Part shown: in pieces, positions 1-12,200 of the stretch
Position numbering within the stretch: the first letter of the stretch is position 1
How the letters are laid out: the number at the start of each line of letters is the position of its first letter
Source: Mytilus trossulus
Taxonomy: Eukaryota
NCBI RefSeq assembly: GCF_036588685.1
Contig: NC_086381.1
Span: 16,926,001-16,990,000, forward strand
DNA: 64,000 bases
Direction of reading: 5' to 3'
Position numbers and translations under genes: made by a program
Notes under the pieces: model-generated
What the model was told of the DNA's origin: nothing
The model's database searches: none
Seen by the model: the letters and a program-made list of their open reading frames with translations, nothing else

Positions 1-943
1 GTGAAATCAATTTTTAATGGTTATGAAACTTATAAGTATTTGTAGTTTCGTATGAATATAAATCCTTATATCAACATACCATTACCAATAAATCACTACG
101 TTAAAAAATCTAAATCCCCAAAATACGGGGGACACTTATATACTATATAAAGGTACGCAGTTACAAACGACAAAAGTTGCGTGATCAGTCGTGAACCATT
201 TGGATGTTATTTTCACTGTGTGTTATTTGTTAATGCAGACCGTATAAAAAATGGAGAATTAAAAAATAAACAGATCAATGAGCATCTGTTACATGAGAAT
301 TCAAATACACAGACAACCTGATAGTATCCGCGATAGTTTTGACGAGATGTTTTCAAATTCACAATTATGAGCCCAATAAAGCTCCAGTTCTAGTAGCAAT
401 TTGTTATTTAGAAAATCGTGACAGGAATCGCAAGCACTGGAATATTGTATTTAAAAGAGATACATAGAAACAAGATATAGTATGAGTGCCAATGGCCAAT
501 GAGAATACTCTCCAAGTCACAATATCTGCAGTAAACAATTATAGATTATATAGTCTAAATACACGTACTAGTACTTATGTTTTTCTGTGATAAGGTTTCT
601 ATCAATTGATGGCTTCAAATGTTTTATGTATTCTCTGTGTACATAAAGGCAACAGTAGTATACCGCTGTTCAAAACAAAAACTAAAATCCATGGACAAAA
701 AAAACAAAATCGGGGTGACAAACTAAACCAAGGGAAACGTACATAAGTTGTGCAAGTTTACTTATCTACGACCACTGGGTCTATGACATTGAGGTTGAAA
801 AAGACGTACGAAAGATACCAGAGGGCCAGTCAAACTCATAAATCAAAAATAAACTGACAACCCCATGGCATGATGTTGCGGTTCCCTTTGATTGTATTTG
901 CATGTCAGCTGAGCGCTTATGTGTTGACATAACCTCATATCAC

Positions 944-1250
944 AAGCCCAGTAGTCAGCACTTTTTGTGCTGACATGAATTGTCATTGATATGGTTATAT
1001 TTATAAATTTACTGTTTACCAATTTTTGAATCTTTTGAAAAACTAAGGCCTTTCTCCCTCAGGCATATATTACCTTAGCTGTATTTGGCAAAACGTTTAG
1101 GAGTTTCGGTCCTCAATGCTCACCAACTTCGTAATTTATTTGGCCTTTTTAACTTTTTTGGATTCGAGCGTCACTGACGAGTCTTTTGTAGACGAAACGC
1201 GCGTCTGGCGTATATACTTAATTTAGTCCTAGTATCTGTGATGAGTTTAT
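944..1250 (+). mobile_element. Penelope-associated / non-LTR retrozyme-type repeat, partial monomer; a second degenerate partial unit follows at ~1300-1420
   Basis: The same sequence (gtagtcagcact...taccttagc.gtatttggca...tcctcaatgctc...gagcgtcactga) recurs at 49509-49800, 54371-54657, 14900-15200 and, inverted, at 47650-47910 and ~4040-4280. Confidence 0.75.
1168..1211 (+). ncRNA. Minimal type I hammerhead ribozyme, intact core
   Basis: Stem I GCGTCA/TGGCGT; core CTGACGA (CUGANGA); stem II GTCT-tttgt-AGAC; GAAA; short palindromic stem III CGCGCG; GTC cleavage triplet with the cut after 1205. Confidence 0.85.
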
Positions 1251-2090
1251 ATATAAACTGCTTATAAACGTTTCATTTTTTTTCCAAAAAAAAATCAGAA
1301 AAAGTACCTGTATGTGACAAAACGTTTCAGGCTTTTTGGGTCCTCAATGCTTTCAACTTTTACTTTATTTGGCCTATTTACCTTTTTATTCGATAGTCAC
1401 TGATGATTCTTTTGTAATTAGTTATCAACGGTATCATAGGCGTTGAATGCTTATAGAATGACTAATCGAAGAATTCATAAAGAAAACTATTCAACGAGTG
1501 AGCGAACAACACATTAATTCACGAATGCTCGTAGTGCATGAGTTAACTATCAGTGTAGTTTGGTCACGAATTGAATATTTTTCGATTTTTGAATTCTTTA
1601 ATTTGTTATTATTCTTATTACATTGGCAAATGGCTTTTTTTAAAAGAAATTATGTAAAACATGTAAAACTATATATTTTTTTCTACGCATTCACAATTTT
1701 ATTTTATCTGCCGTTATCGGTGTCTTGACAACGCCTATTGTTGTATGTCGTCAGAGAGTGAAATAACCACGTTCATTTTATATCGGTTTTTATTTAACTG
1801 GGAAATCAATATAATTAATTGCAACCAATGTAATATTTTGTTTTGATAAAGGTAAAGTAGTATATATTGATCTTCAATAATCGTAATTAGATTTAGCAAA
1901 AACAAATCAGGAGAATAAATTAAAACCGATGGAAACACTATGAGAAGAAAACAACGAAACAACAGTAAGACCAGGTGGATAAAAATTTAAAAAAAAAGGA
2001 TCTTACAAACAATGTTTGATCATATTATTTATAATAAAATACACATAGTTCCTTTAAAAAGAATACCTATTTGGTCGGTTTATGTTTCAG

Positions 2091-3152
2091 GAAATGATTA
2101 TATACATCTCATTTCTGCCAATAGTTATCATGAACTAAGTGTGTATGTAGAAGACTTCAATGGCCGCCACGCTTATGCCAACTACTCACACTTTGCAATA
2201 GGTGATGAGAGTACTAAGTACCTGCTAGATATACATGGATTTGTTGGTGATGCAGGTAGAAAAAAAATATGTACTACAATTGCATGTAACAATAATAAAA
2301 TATTAGAATTTGAATCTTATAAATAATGTATGTTGGCCCGTCCATTTATACTCTTTTTACAGTATAAATGTGAGCTAAGGACGACAATCGAACATACTTT
2401 AAAAAAATGTTTCACATTTATGCACAGGGGAACTATCTGAAAGTCGGGGGAAAAAATCGCTTGTAGATACAATCTAAACTATTCTAACTGTTGTCACGCA
2501 TGGTATTTTTTGTTAAAATTATTCATTAGCGACATATATCATACATCAATTGTTTTCAATTCTAAATTAACAAAGTAACAAAATAATTCACATTAAAACC
2601 AGAGCGGTCAATTTCAAATAAAAAAGTGCACCACATTTCGAGTTTTGTTTTGAGCAGGTATTAAATGTAATCATCAATTGAAGTGGCTGTCAATAACTTA
2701 TCAGTCATTGGAACTATTATATCCAGGTTTATGGCTTTTGTCGTGTATAAAGTCTTTTTTCTAGGACATATATTCTTCCAATTAAGAAAAGTTTGAATGC
2801 TTTAATTGGAAAATTTGATCTTAAACTATAGATCTCAGCTATTATGATATTATATTTGAACTATACTGTATCTTGTTCTAGTTTTCTATTAAGATACTTT
2901 TCTGCTCGTTTTGCAGGCGATGGATTAGATGATGGCAACGGAATGAAATTTAGCACGAAAGATTCAGATAATGATAAGAACAGCGGTAATTGTGCTCATG
3001 ACAGGCATGCTGGCTGGTGGTTTAATAGTTGTGATTATGCCAATTTAAATGGGAGATACAGTGACACACAGGGTGCTGGTAATTACTGGTATCGATGGAG
3101 ACAAAATACAAAGCCACTAAAAAAGTCTATTATGATGATTAAAAGAAAATAA
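2091..3152 (+). CDS. Fibrinogen-related protein (FReD) copy 1, last two exons 2091-2255 and 2917-3152; upstream exons not seen in the window
   Basis: ag|GAAATGAT...GCAG|gt and ag|GCGATGG...TAA. Translation GNDYIHLIS..ELSVYVEDFNG..AYANYSHF.IGDESTKY.L and GMKFSTKDSDND..NCA...AGWWFNSC..ANLNG carries fibrinogen C-terminal motifs. Confidence 0.93.
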
Positions 3153-4509
3153 GATTTAAAAAGACTGTAGCTGTTTTTGTTTCGATCCCGATTTTGAGTG
3201 TCTTGTCAATTTCTGTTCGTTTGTTTGGTTCATCGTATGCTTTTGCTTATTTTAGTTTTTTGATTTATTGTTTGATTCAATTAATTATACCTTGTTTGTT
3301 GTATGTGTGTAATTGATTTTATATTTTATTCTAAGAGCATATTGTGTTAATGACCCAGGACATATGCCGGATTCAAGAAAGAATCGTTCACCTCAAAGTG
3401 TGTCTCTTGAACATTTAAACAGTATGCATACAAATGAATTCACCGCCCTTACTAATCTTAAATCCTCGTTCAACTCATATTGGAAAACTGAACTGATAAA
3501 AATTTGAGCTAAAATAATACAAACTTGCATAAAATAGAAAGAGAGAGAGAATACTGCTTCAGGACAACGAAAACCCAAAGATTCGAAAAAAAACCAGACA
3601 AAATCATGACCACAAATAAAAGAAAGAAAAAAAGGACCAACAAATTAAGGATCATAAACATTCCTACCATGAAAAGAAACCTGGAGCCAAAAAAATACGC
3701 ATCAAAACTAAGGGTTAATTAGTGTGCTATGGAAAAGGGGCGGTACCTGCTCTACTAGAGACACATGAAGTGTTACCAAACGCAATTATGAATTCAGTGA
3801 ACAGTCGCATTTGATGATCAACATTACGTAAATAAGGGCGAGAACAAACAAGCAAGAACATTGCAAACTTGAATATTTATTTTTTGGCTTATTTTGACAA
3901 AATTTACCAAACTGGCTTCTTAAAAGGAGTTATTTTATAATTTCATTTTTATTCATGATTAAACGAAACTTTCGATCTTTGTTATTTGTCAATAATAAAA
4001 AGTGGCAGTACCATCAATAAATCTTACTTAACAAGTGAATTGATAAGAATGAAATATTATATTCACCAGTAACGCTCAAATCAAAAAAATACAGAAAGTC
4101 AAACATAAACAAAGTTGAAGATCATTGGTGACATGGAATTCTAAAAAGTGGCGCCAAATACTTCTAAGGTTAACTATGTCTGGGATAAGAAAATCATAAG
4201 TATTGAGAACAATTCTTAATTTTGAAACTGTAAATTTATAAAAATTACAATATAACTGATGTTCATGTCAACACCGAAGTATATAGAATAATAAATTATC
4301 AGAACCTCAACTAAAAACAACAACATTTAACAATATCTGATCAGAATTACAAATACAACATCATGACTAGATACATTAATTTTGAATAGCAAAGTACCCT
4401 GACACATCTTATAGTAATACAAAACCACACTCAGCAAAAAGAATAAAGTACCTATCAATTGCACAATTCAACTTTCGGAATCATTAACATGTATGTATAA
4501 AGAAATTCA

Positions 4510-5080
4510 GAGATAAGTGACGCTGTCAAATTAAACTTCCAAAATATATACGGGTTGTTGAATTGAGTCGTCAAAATGCTAACTCTGAATTACAGTATGC
4601 TAAGTTGAATCTGCGCTATGTTGACTTGCAATGACAAGTGCATTAGTCGTGATAGTATAATGATAAGTCACGATGTTGTGATGATATGCCAAACATACAA
4701 GTTGAGTTTAAAGTAAATGATGTGAAGTTGACGTTGCATGATGTTAGCTTGCAGATGGATAATGCTGTCATCCACTTCGATTACTATGATAACAAATAAC
4801 ATAAATAGCTTAAATGTATGGTGCTGACTTGTTATTAATTAATGTTGAGCTGAGATAGTACGATGCTATCTCATTGTGAAATTGCTATAGGTCTATCATG
4901 CAATCTGTTGATTTGATTCACCATGATGTACAGTTGAAAGTACATGATGTTAAGTTAAGATAACACAATGCTACACAACTATATCGAAACGAAAGGACTA
5001 CCATACAATGTGTTGACCTAAAACAACACAATGCAACGTTGAAAGTACACGATGTTAAGCTAAGATATCACGATGGTTTA
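4510..5080. repeat. Degenerate 21-bp-period minisatellite (core atgatgttaagttga)
   Basis: The motif recurs at 4576/4597/4618, 4717/4738 and 4923/4944/4965. Confidence 0.55.
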
Positions 5081-5169
5081 TCAATATAATCTTTAGACAT
5101 GGCGTTGTCAGTTGATTTTCGAACTATTAGTTTGAGTGTCCATCTGCAATCATTAGCTCCATCTTTTTA

Positions 5170-5765
5170 AAGATATTTTTATTTCCTAATCATAGGGCTC
5201 ATAACAAGCATTTAATCACACAAAGTAAAAATAAAAACCCTTTCTCTCCCACTCGCATACACTCACACATACAACTATCGTTCTGATAAAGGATGATTGA
5301 TTTAACAGTACAACATGTAAATGAAAAAAATAGCATACATATAAAAATACCAATACAAAAGTATTTGTTTTATGAGGAGAGTCAGTTGCCTTCATTGTAT
5401 ATATATGGAACGAAGGATAACTCTTACTGCCCAGAAAAGAACAATTTATATTATGTTACAATGAACTGGTGAAGACTAGAAATAAGTTTAATAATTTCAG
5501 TTAAGCAAATACTTAGTTTCTCAATGTGTAAAATGAGGATAGCAATTCACATAATTTAGAGTTAAAATGAAGGCTATCGTTTGACATAAAACAAATAAGC
5601 AGATTACTATCAGATATTTGGGATAGATATGGGTATTTTGCCAAGAGTTCATCCAGAAAGGTTTTTCTTTCCTTATTATAAAGGGTACATTTAAATAAAA
5701 AATGCTCTTCGTCTTCAACCGAGTTCATTGAACAAAACTGGCATGTTCTCTCTGATCTTGGCAGT
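5170..5765 (-). mobile_element. 3' fragment of a non-LTR retrotransposon (C-terminal CCHC motif plus 3' UTR)
   Basis: Translation LPRSERTCQFCSMNSVEDEEHFLFKCTLY (CX2C...HX4C) is typical of a LINE ORF2 C-terminus; an AATAAA-containing tail lies near 5175. Confidence 0.7.
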
Positions 5766-6246
5766 GTAATATTTTTTCCATGGTCAAAATATGTTTAGCA
5801 AAATATAATGCCAAAAAGATAAATCATTCCATCATCAACCTATTTTTTGTCATATTTAAGAACTTATTTTGAGCGAATCAGTGGGGTTCTATTGACGAAT
5901 TGTTAAGATTAGTGACATTCCACTGGGAAACAAATGTAAATGTTTTATTTCATGTTCGTACTTTATAACATAGGATAACGACATAAAAAAATGCGTACAA
6001 TCAGTAAGTGGGCACTTTACCGACTTTATAATGTGAGTACTTAGTAATCAAAATAGAAATGATACCGCACAAAGTACCTACTTCAAAATATCTTTCTGCT
6101 GAACCAGTTATTTGTTACTGATTGTTTGTAACGCTACTTACAGCAAGTGTTTTAATGTGAACAGGATAGGTAGTACTTTTATCAATTACTATAAACACAT
6201 TTTTCATTGATGTTGTCCGTATTAGGCAGATCATTGTCAACCTACA

Positions 6247-9200
6247 ATGATACTCTTAATTTTTATGTTTATGAGTTTTAAATTGTCAGTTTTGTGTGTA
6301 CCCAGTAGTTTGCCATGCGAAGGAGAACTATGTTCCAAAGTTATATCTTTGCCGCTTGTGGATAATATGAAAGCTTCGTTGAAGGCCGATATTGATGTTT
6401 CACAGATTAATAAGTATCTTAAAGCATATATAAAACAGGAGATCAATACTGAAATACGTACTATAATGAAAGGTGTTGTTGAAGAAATAATCGACAACAT
6501 AACTAGCAGCAGGAAGGCAGAAAATGTTAAGTTAAAAGGTAAGTTATGAAATATATATGTACATTTTTAGTGTACATTAATTAAGAAAACCTAAAGTTAT
6601 ACAGGGCTTCCACCAGGGCTTTATTTTTCTACAAAATATTAGTTCAATTTGTTGAACTAAAATAATAAAATCACAATTGCAACAAGGAAACAATATTATT
6701 AATAGCACTCTTGTTTATTTTCAAGCTCGGAACATTTGACTTTTGATCTCTACAATGTTATTGTTTTTCCTTTGGCGCAAAATAAAGTGGGATTTGTAAT
6801 TGAACAACTTTTCCGTTGTTTATACATTAGATGATTTGAAATTATAGATAAAAGTCTCAACGAATCCTGCTCATCCACACGAGAATGTAGAGAAACATTA
6901 ACCTGTGAAAACTGGTATTGCAAATGCAGTGGTACAAAACACTGGAATGGATTGCAATGTTTAGAAAGTAAGTAATATAGTTAAACATTTATTTACACGA
7001 TATACCGTATAGCGGGTTATTTTCGCGGGTGTAAAATTTCGCGATTTTCATTGAATAAGGTATACGAAAAATTTTGGCGGTTATTATTTTGGCGGATTCA
7101 ACATTTTTAACAATACCTTTGCATGTACACTTTTAAATAGGCGGAATTTATTTTGGCGATTTTGTTCTATCCGCGAAAATAAGCGAAAATTTACACCCCG
7201 CGAAAATTACCCGCTATACGGTATTAGTAGTTTTAAATAAATATACTTTCATACTTGAAATGAAGGAAAATCATTGCAAGTTATCATTTGTGTATATGCA
7301 TATTATGAACATGCCATCTTCATGCCTTAACTATCATGTGTTATATTACGACGCTAGATTAAAACTGACGAAGAAAGGTAACTATCGGCCTCCGAAAGCT
7401 TTATTTTTGTGAAACCCAGGTAGTCGAGTGGTCTAGTTCGTCGGATACAGTGCAGGCTGTTTCGTGTCACCATATCTCAGAGCATGAGTTCGAATCCGGG
7501 CGAGAAAAAAACAATAAATTTGCGAAATACATTAGCAAGACTATAGATCTAACATTGTTGGGTTGACGAATTATATATCTGTGAATGTATATATGTAAGA
7601 CTCTAAAGTGCGATGGTACTCTAAAGTGCGATGGTCACGCTAAAGTGCGATGGTCTACGCTAAAGTGCGATGGTGTAAATCGCTAAAGTGCGATTGTTGT
7701 TTGTTTTTAAGTGTAAAAAGATGACACGCTAAAGTGCGATGGCATGACACGCTAAAGTGCGATGGTCTATGACAAGGTAAAGTGCAATTGTGTATGACAC
7801 GCTAAAGTGCGATGGCATGATACGCTAAAGTGCGATGGTGTTTGTCACGCTAAAGTACGATGGTATAACACGCTAAAATGCGATGGTATGAAATTATAAA
7901 GTTTTATGGTAGCACATTTGCACCGCTTACAATCAAGTATGTAACGGAAATTGGGTTAATGCAATGGTTATTTTTAGTGTTTTTGAAAGTCATTTTTTTG
8001 TTGTTGTATTATTTGTAAATTATGCCGTTGGTTTTCTCTTTCAAACTGTTTTACACTATTCATTGTGTTTCTAAATAGCCTGGTTCAATGTGCTCCATGT
8101 TGAAGGTTATAAAAAAAATATTTGCATACAGCAAAAATATTTGGTCTTTGGTAAATAGTTGTTTTGTTTACAAGTTTTTGTTATGTATTTAAATAAGACT
8201 GTTTCAATTATTTTCCGCTGGTTGTTGATAACTCTCGGTTGTATAAGATTACTTTTTGCAGGGTTATTTATACGGTAACCTATAGTTAATAAAAAACATA
8301 TTTTATTTTGTAAAGAGCCATATTGTCTCATTTGCATTCATTTTATAATACAGCACCTGTAGGTTTTTTGTTACTGGTTGGATGTCGAGTATTTATTTAT
8401 TTCCCGTAATTGTCTCATTGTCAATCAAAATATGATGTTACAAGTTGTGTTGATAAGTTACTGTCTTGTTGGCGAAAATCAATATATTAAACAAATGTAG
8501 TTTAAAACCTGTGACTTTGATGTAAAGTTATCTCATTGGCACTCATATCAATCTTTTTTTAACTCTATTTAATAAAATATAATTAATTAATTTCAAAGTG
8601 AAAAGTAGACTTTATTTGGCACAACTTTTAAAATGACATGGAATTCATAAAATAAATATCTAAATCAAATTCCGACGAATCAAATATTTTGAAACTTGGT
8701 GAATTTTGCCATTTTCAAGCTCCTTTTATGGTATACACCTTCCCTTTACTGTCATCATTTTCAATATTCATAACAAGTCCTTTCTTCCAATAGCCGGACA
8801 GAAAAACGTTTGTACCCGCGAACAAAGCTGAATTTGGGTTGAAGTCTATAACTGCATTAACTGCGGGATGAAAAGTTTCTGTAAGTTTGGATACTTTTTT
8901 AGGGAACAACTCTTCCGGATACAAGCTACTGTCCCATTCTTCACGATTCTAAAAAGCGTAAAAATAAAGTTACAATAAAATCAAACCAAGTAATGAAAGT
9001 AACAAATGTAACAAAGGAGTAGGTCCGGTAAGAACCGATTTTGGCCTCAAATTTCAGGTTCATCTTACGAAAGATTTTGACCACTTTTTAAACACTTAAG
9101 TGATTGATTGATTGTTGGTTGCTTTACGCCGTAAACACTTAAGTGTCTAATTCATTTGAATCAATAAGTTTATGTGAAACATGTGAAAGATTTTAACTGA

Positions 9201-12200
9201 TTTTGTTATTTAAAACGACCCGATTCAAGCTCAAATATGAAAAATCTACCAAATATGCCAAAAAGGGGTCTTACTGGGCCTACTCCTTTAAAGAGTTCAA
9301 GACGTGATTATGAATTAAGCAAAGTCCTTAATAAACATGATAAAAGAACATTATTATTTTTATTTTTTTAGTTTAAAAATTTAAATAATTTTACTATAAC
9401 ATTTAAAAGTACGTTCACAAATGTGCGTAATGGAAACGACGGCGTTTCAGGCCTGCTATACCAGAATCAGTACGTTGTATACATTTTCTTGCATACAAGT
9501 CTTTATAATATGGGCTAACTTCTGACTGAAAGCAAATAAGAAAAGGTTTAAAAAACTAACTTAAAAGTGTTGATAATTTTCAAATTTGTACACAAAATAG
9601 GCCGTTGGTGTTTTCGTTTTTGTTTACATAAATTTGTTATTTAAAGACATTCAGTTATACATAGCTAATCAATATGTATAAGTTTTGCTTTTTTTCAACG
9701 GCCGTACAGTGACAAATATTTGTAAACTTCTTTGATCAGTTAGTCTCTGTTAGATAGTTGTCATAACATGATGAATATTAAACTACATCTTCTTATTTTT
9801 ACATTTTCACTTTTTAAAACAAAAATATAATAGTTCAGTAATGTTAGTGCATTTTCAGATACATGAACATGTAGATGATGATAAACAAAATAACAGAGAT
9901 GACATCTGTATAACGTTTAGTACGCAGAAATAACTACGGATTTACATTTGTATAAAGAGTTTTACTCATAAAGCCGCAACTATTACCATGCAATAAAATA
10001 AAAGTACATTATGTTTAAAAATACCATTGAAGTTGATAGTGTTAAGGCAATATTTTTATAAACTACTTTTTAGTGATAAAATTTACGTACTTGATGTAAA
10101 CTTGTTTTGCGCATCATTTGAGAATTTGTGATATCTTGCATTTGGAGTTGCTGTTGTGATGGTATCATTTCGTTCAATCTATTGTAAGTCTGTACAGTAT
10201 TATTGACCTACAATGACAAAAATATTTTAATATTAAAATTGGGTATTCATTTTAAAAGTATAATGATATTTACAAAATGTTTTGGACAATTGAACTTTTT
10301 TTTTAAATAAAAACGTAAAATGTTATCAAAATACTAAATGATCCTAAATGTAAACATATTAGTATAATAGTACTAACCTCAACATTTTCTACGCCATTTA
10401 CGGACTCATTACTAGTTATAGTTGCATTTGCAGATATTGCCTAAAATGTAAAAAAAACCAACCAAACTTATAATTATTGACAAAGATGTATATTGTAATC
10501 AAATTATTAGCGACTCCACATAAATGTTATATTTTCCAACAATGTACATATTTTTTTTTATCCAGCAATTAGCTGAGTATTGTACAAATAAAGGGTAGAC
10601 ATATATTTTTTTGCTTTATTATATTTAGAGCTAATGATTTTGTAAATTAGTAATTTTTTACTTGTCATTTGTTTACGTAAAAGCAAGGATTTGTATACAA
10701 ATCCTTGGTAAAAGGTATTAAAATTGTGTTAAGAACGGCCTGTTTTTAAAAAGAAGTACACCAGTCCAGTAAATGAAATGTAAAGGCAAAATATAATTGT
10801 ATTTGTATTTATTTTTTAAATAAATAAGTGAAACTAAATTATCATTTATTAATGCAGTACAATAAAGTTTTTTTATGACTAACCTTGTGATTGGGGATGG
10901 TACGGACGACCATTAATTTTTCTTGTCTTAAACTCATCAATTACTGCACAAAGATCAGCATTATTAAATTCTTTGCCGTTATCAGTCTGGAGAATCCGAG
11001 GTGGGCCAAATATGTAGATGAATTTCAGAAGCAATTCCGACACTTCTTTTGCCGTCTTCTGTTTAAGATGTCCACCAAAGGCAAAGCGGCTGTAACAGTA
11101 AACTATGTTGCATATATAATTATAACCTTTGCATGGGGGCATTTTCTTCAGATCCATTTGCCACCTACTATTTGAATAGGTAGCCGGTATAGGTCTTCTG
11201 GTTATTTGTGTTTTTGGTAGATCAACAGCTGCTAGGCATTGGGAACATTTTATATGTTGCTTGAACAGTAATCTTGTATTTTCCCGAACTACGGGAAAAT
11301 AGGTCTTTCTAAGTGTTTCGTACACCGCGTCACTTTTACGGTGATCAATTTTATGGTTGGCATTTATTTCAGCTATCATTTGTTCTTTTGATAAAACTCT
11401 TCTGTGATTGTCTCCAATCTGAGTACTTCTGTGGTACAATGCACAGGTATCATCATCATAAAGAAAGTTGGCCAAATATTTTCTTATTTAGTTGCTCTTT
11501 TATTTTTTTAGCACCCCAGCTGTTTTCATCAAATTTCTTTTTACAAATTAAATTTACCTCTTCTAAAACCGACCAAAAGTGTTTCGGATTCGGATCATTT
11601 GTTTCTCTTTTCTTTCTTTTTTTGTCAAGAATAAATCCTTCATTTGGACACATATTTAGGTTTAACGGCAGCGGCACTTCCATTTTTGTTTGTTTGTATA
11701 AACGGCTTATAACGTCATAATAATAGTTAACGTTCCGAACGTAAATACTTTCGCGAACAAATGCACTTTCGCGGAAAACGCACTTTAGCGTATTGAGGCA
11801 TCGGACTTTAGCGTGTCCTACTTTATATGACATACCATCGTACTTTAGCGTATCTTACCATCGCACTTTAGCGTAGACCATCGCACTTTAGCGTGACCAT
11901 CGCACTTTAGCGTCCCCATCGCACTTTAGAGTCCTACATATATAATTTTGTATTGTCTCTCATAAATCTTTTTAGTCTGGCTCTTGTTTTATATGTGAAG
12001 TTGTTATATCATTTAAATGTTTTGTACGAGGTGTGATTTAAATAAAATAGTGTCTTGTTTGTCTAGTACTGTCAAGAAGAAAAAAACTAACTTTGCATTT
12101 CGAGCAATACTTTCCGTAGTTTATAAATAAGTAGATTTGAAATTATAGGGAAACGGATCAATAAATCCTGCTCATCCACACGAGAATGTAAAGAGACGCC

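Larger units (their letters stand above)
7594..11938 (-). mobile_element. Ginger2/TDD-like DNA transposon with a Gypsy-type integrase, non-autonomous copy, in FReD intron 2
   Basis: Termini TGTAAGACTCTAAAGTGCGATGG ... CCATCGCACTTTAGAGTCCTACA, flanked by TATA(TA) on both sides; internal rve-type integrase. Confidence 0.88.

Noticed and set aside
7413-7502. Functional tRNA gene
   Set aside because: A and B boxes are present but no convincing stems or anticodon loop; treated as SINE-derived.
7601-7887. CRISPR-like look of the repeated 16-mers
   Set aside because: Spacers are mostly under 10 nt, the repeats are mirrored at 11777-11931, the context is eukaryotic and there are no cas genes; these are transposon subterminal repeats.
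10891-11720. Plus-strand ORFs of 94 and 135 aa
   Set aside because: Antisense shadows of the integrase with no recognisable motifs.
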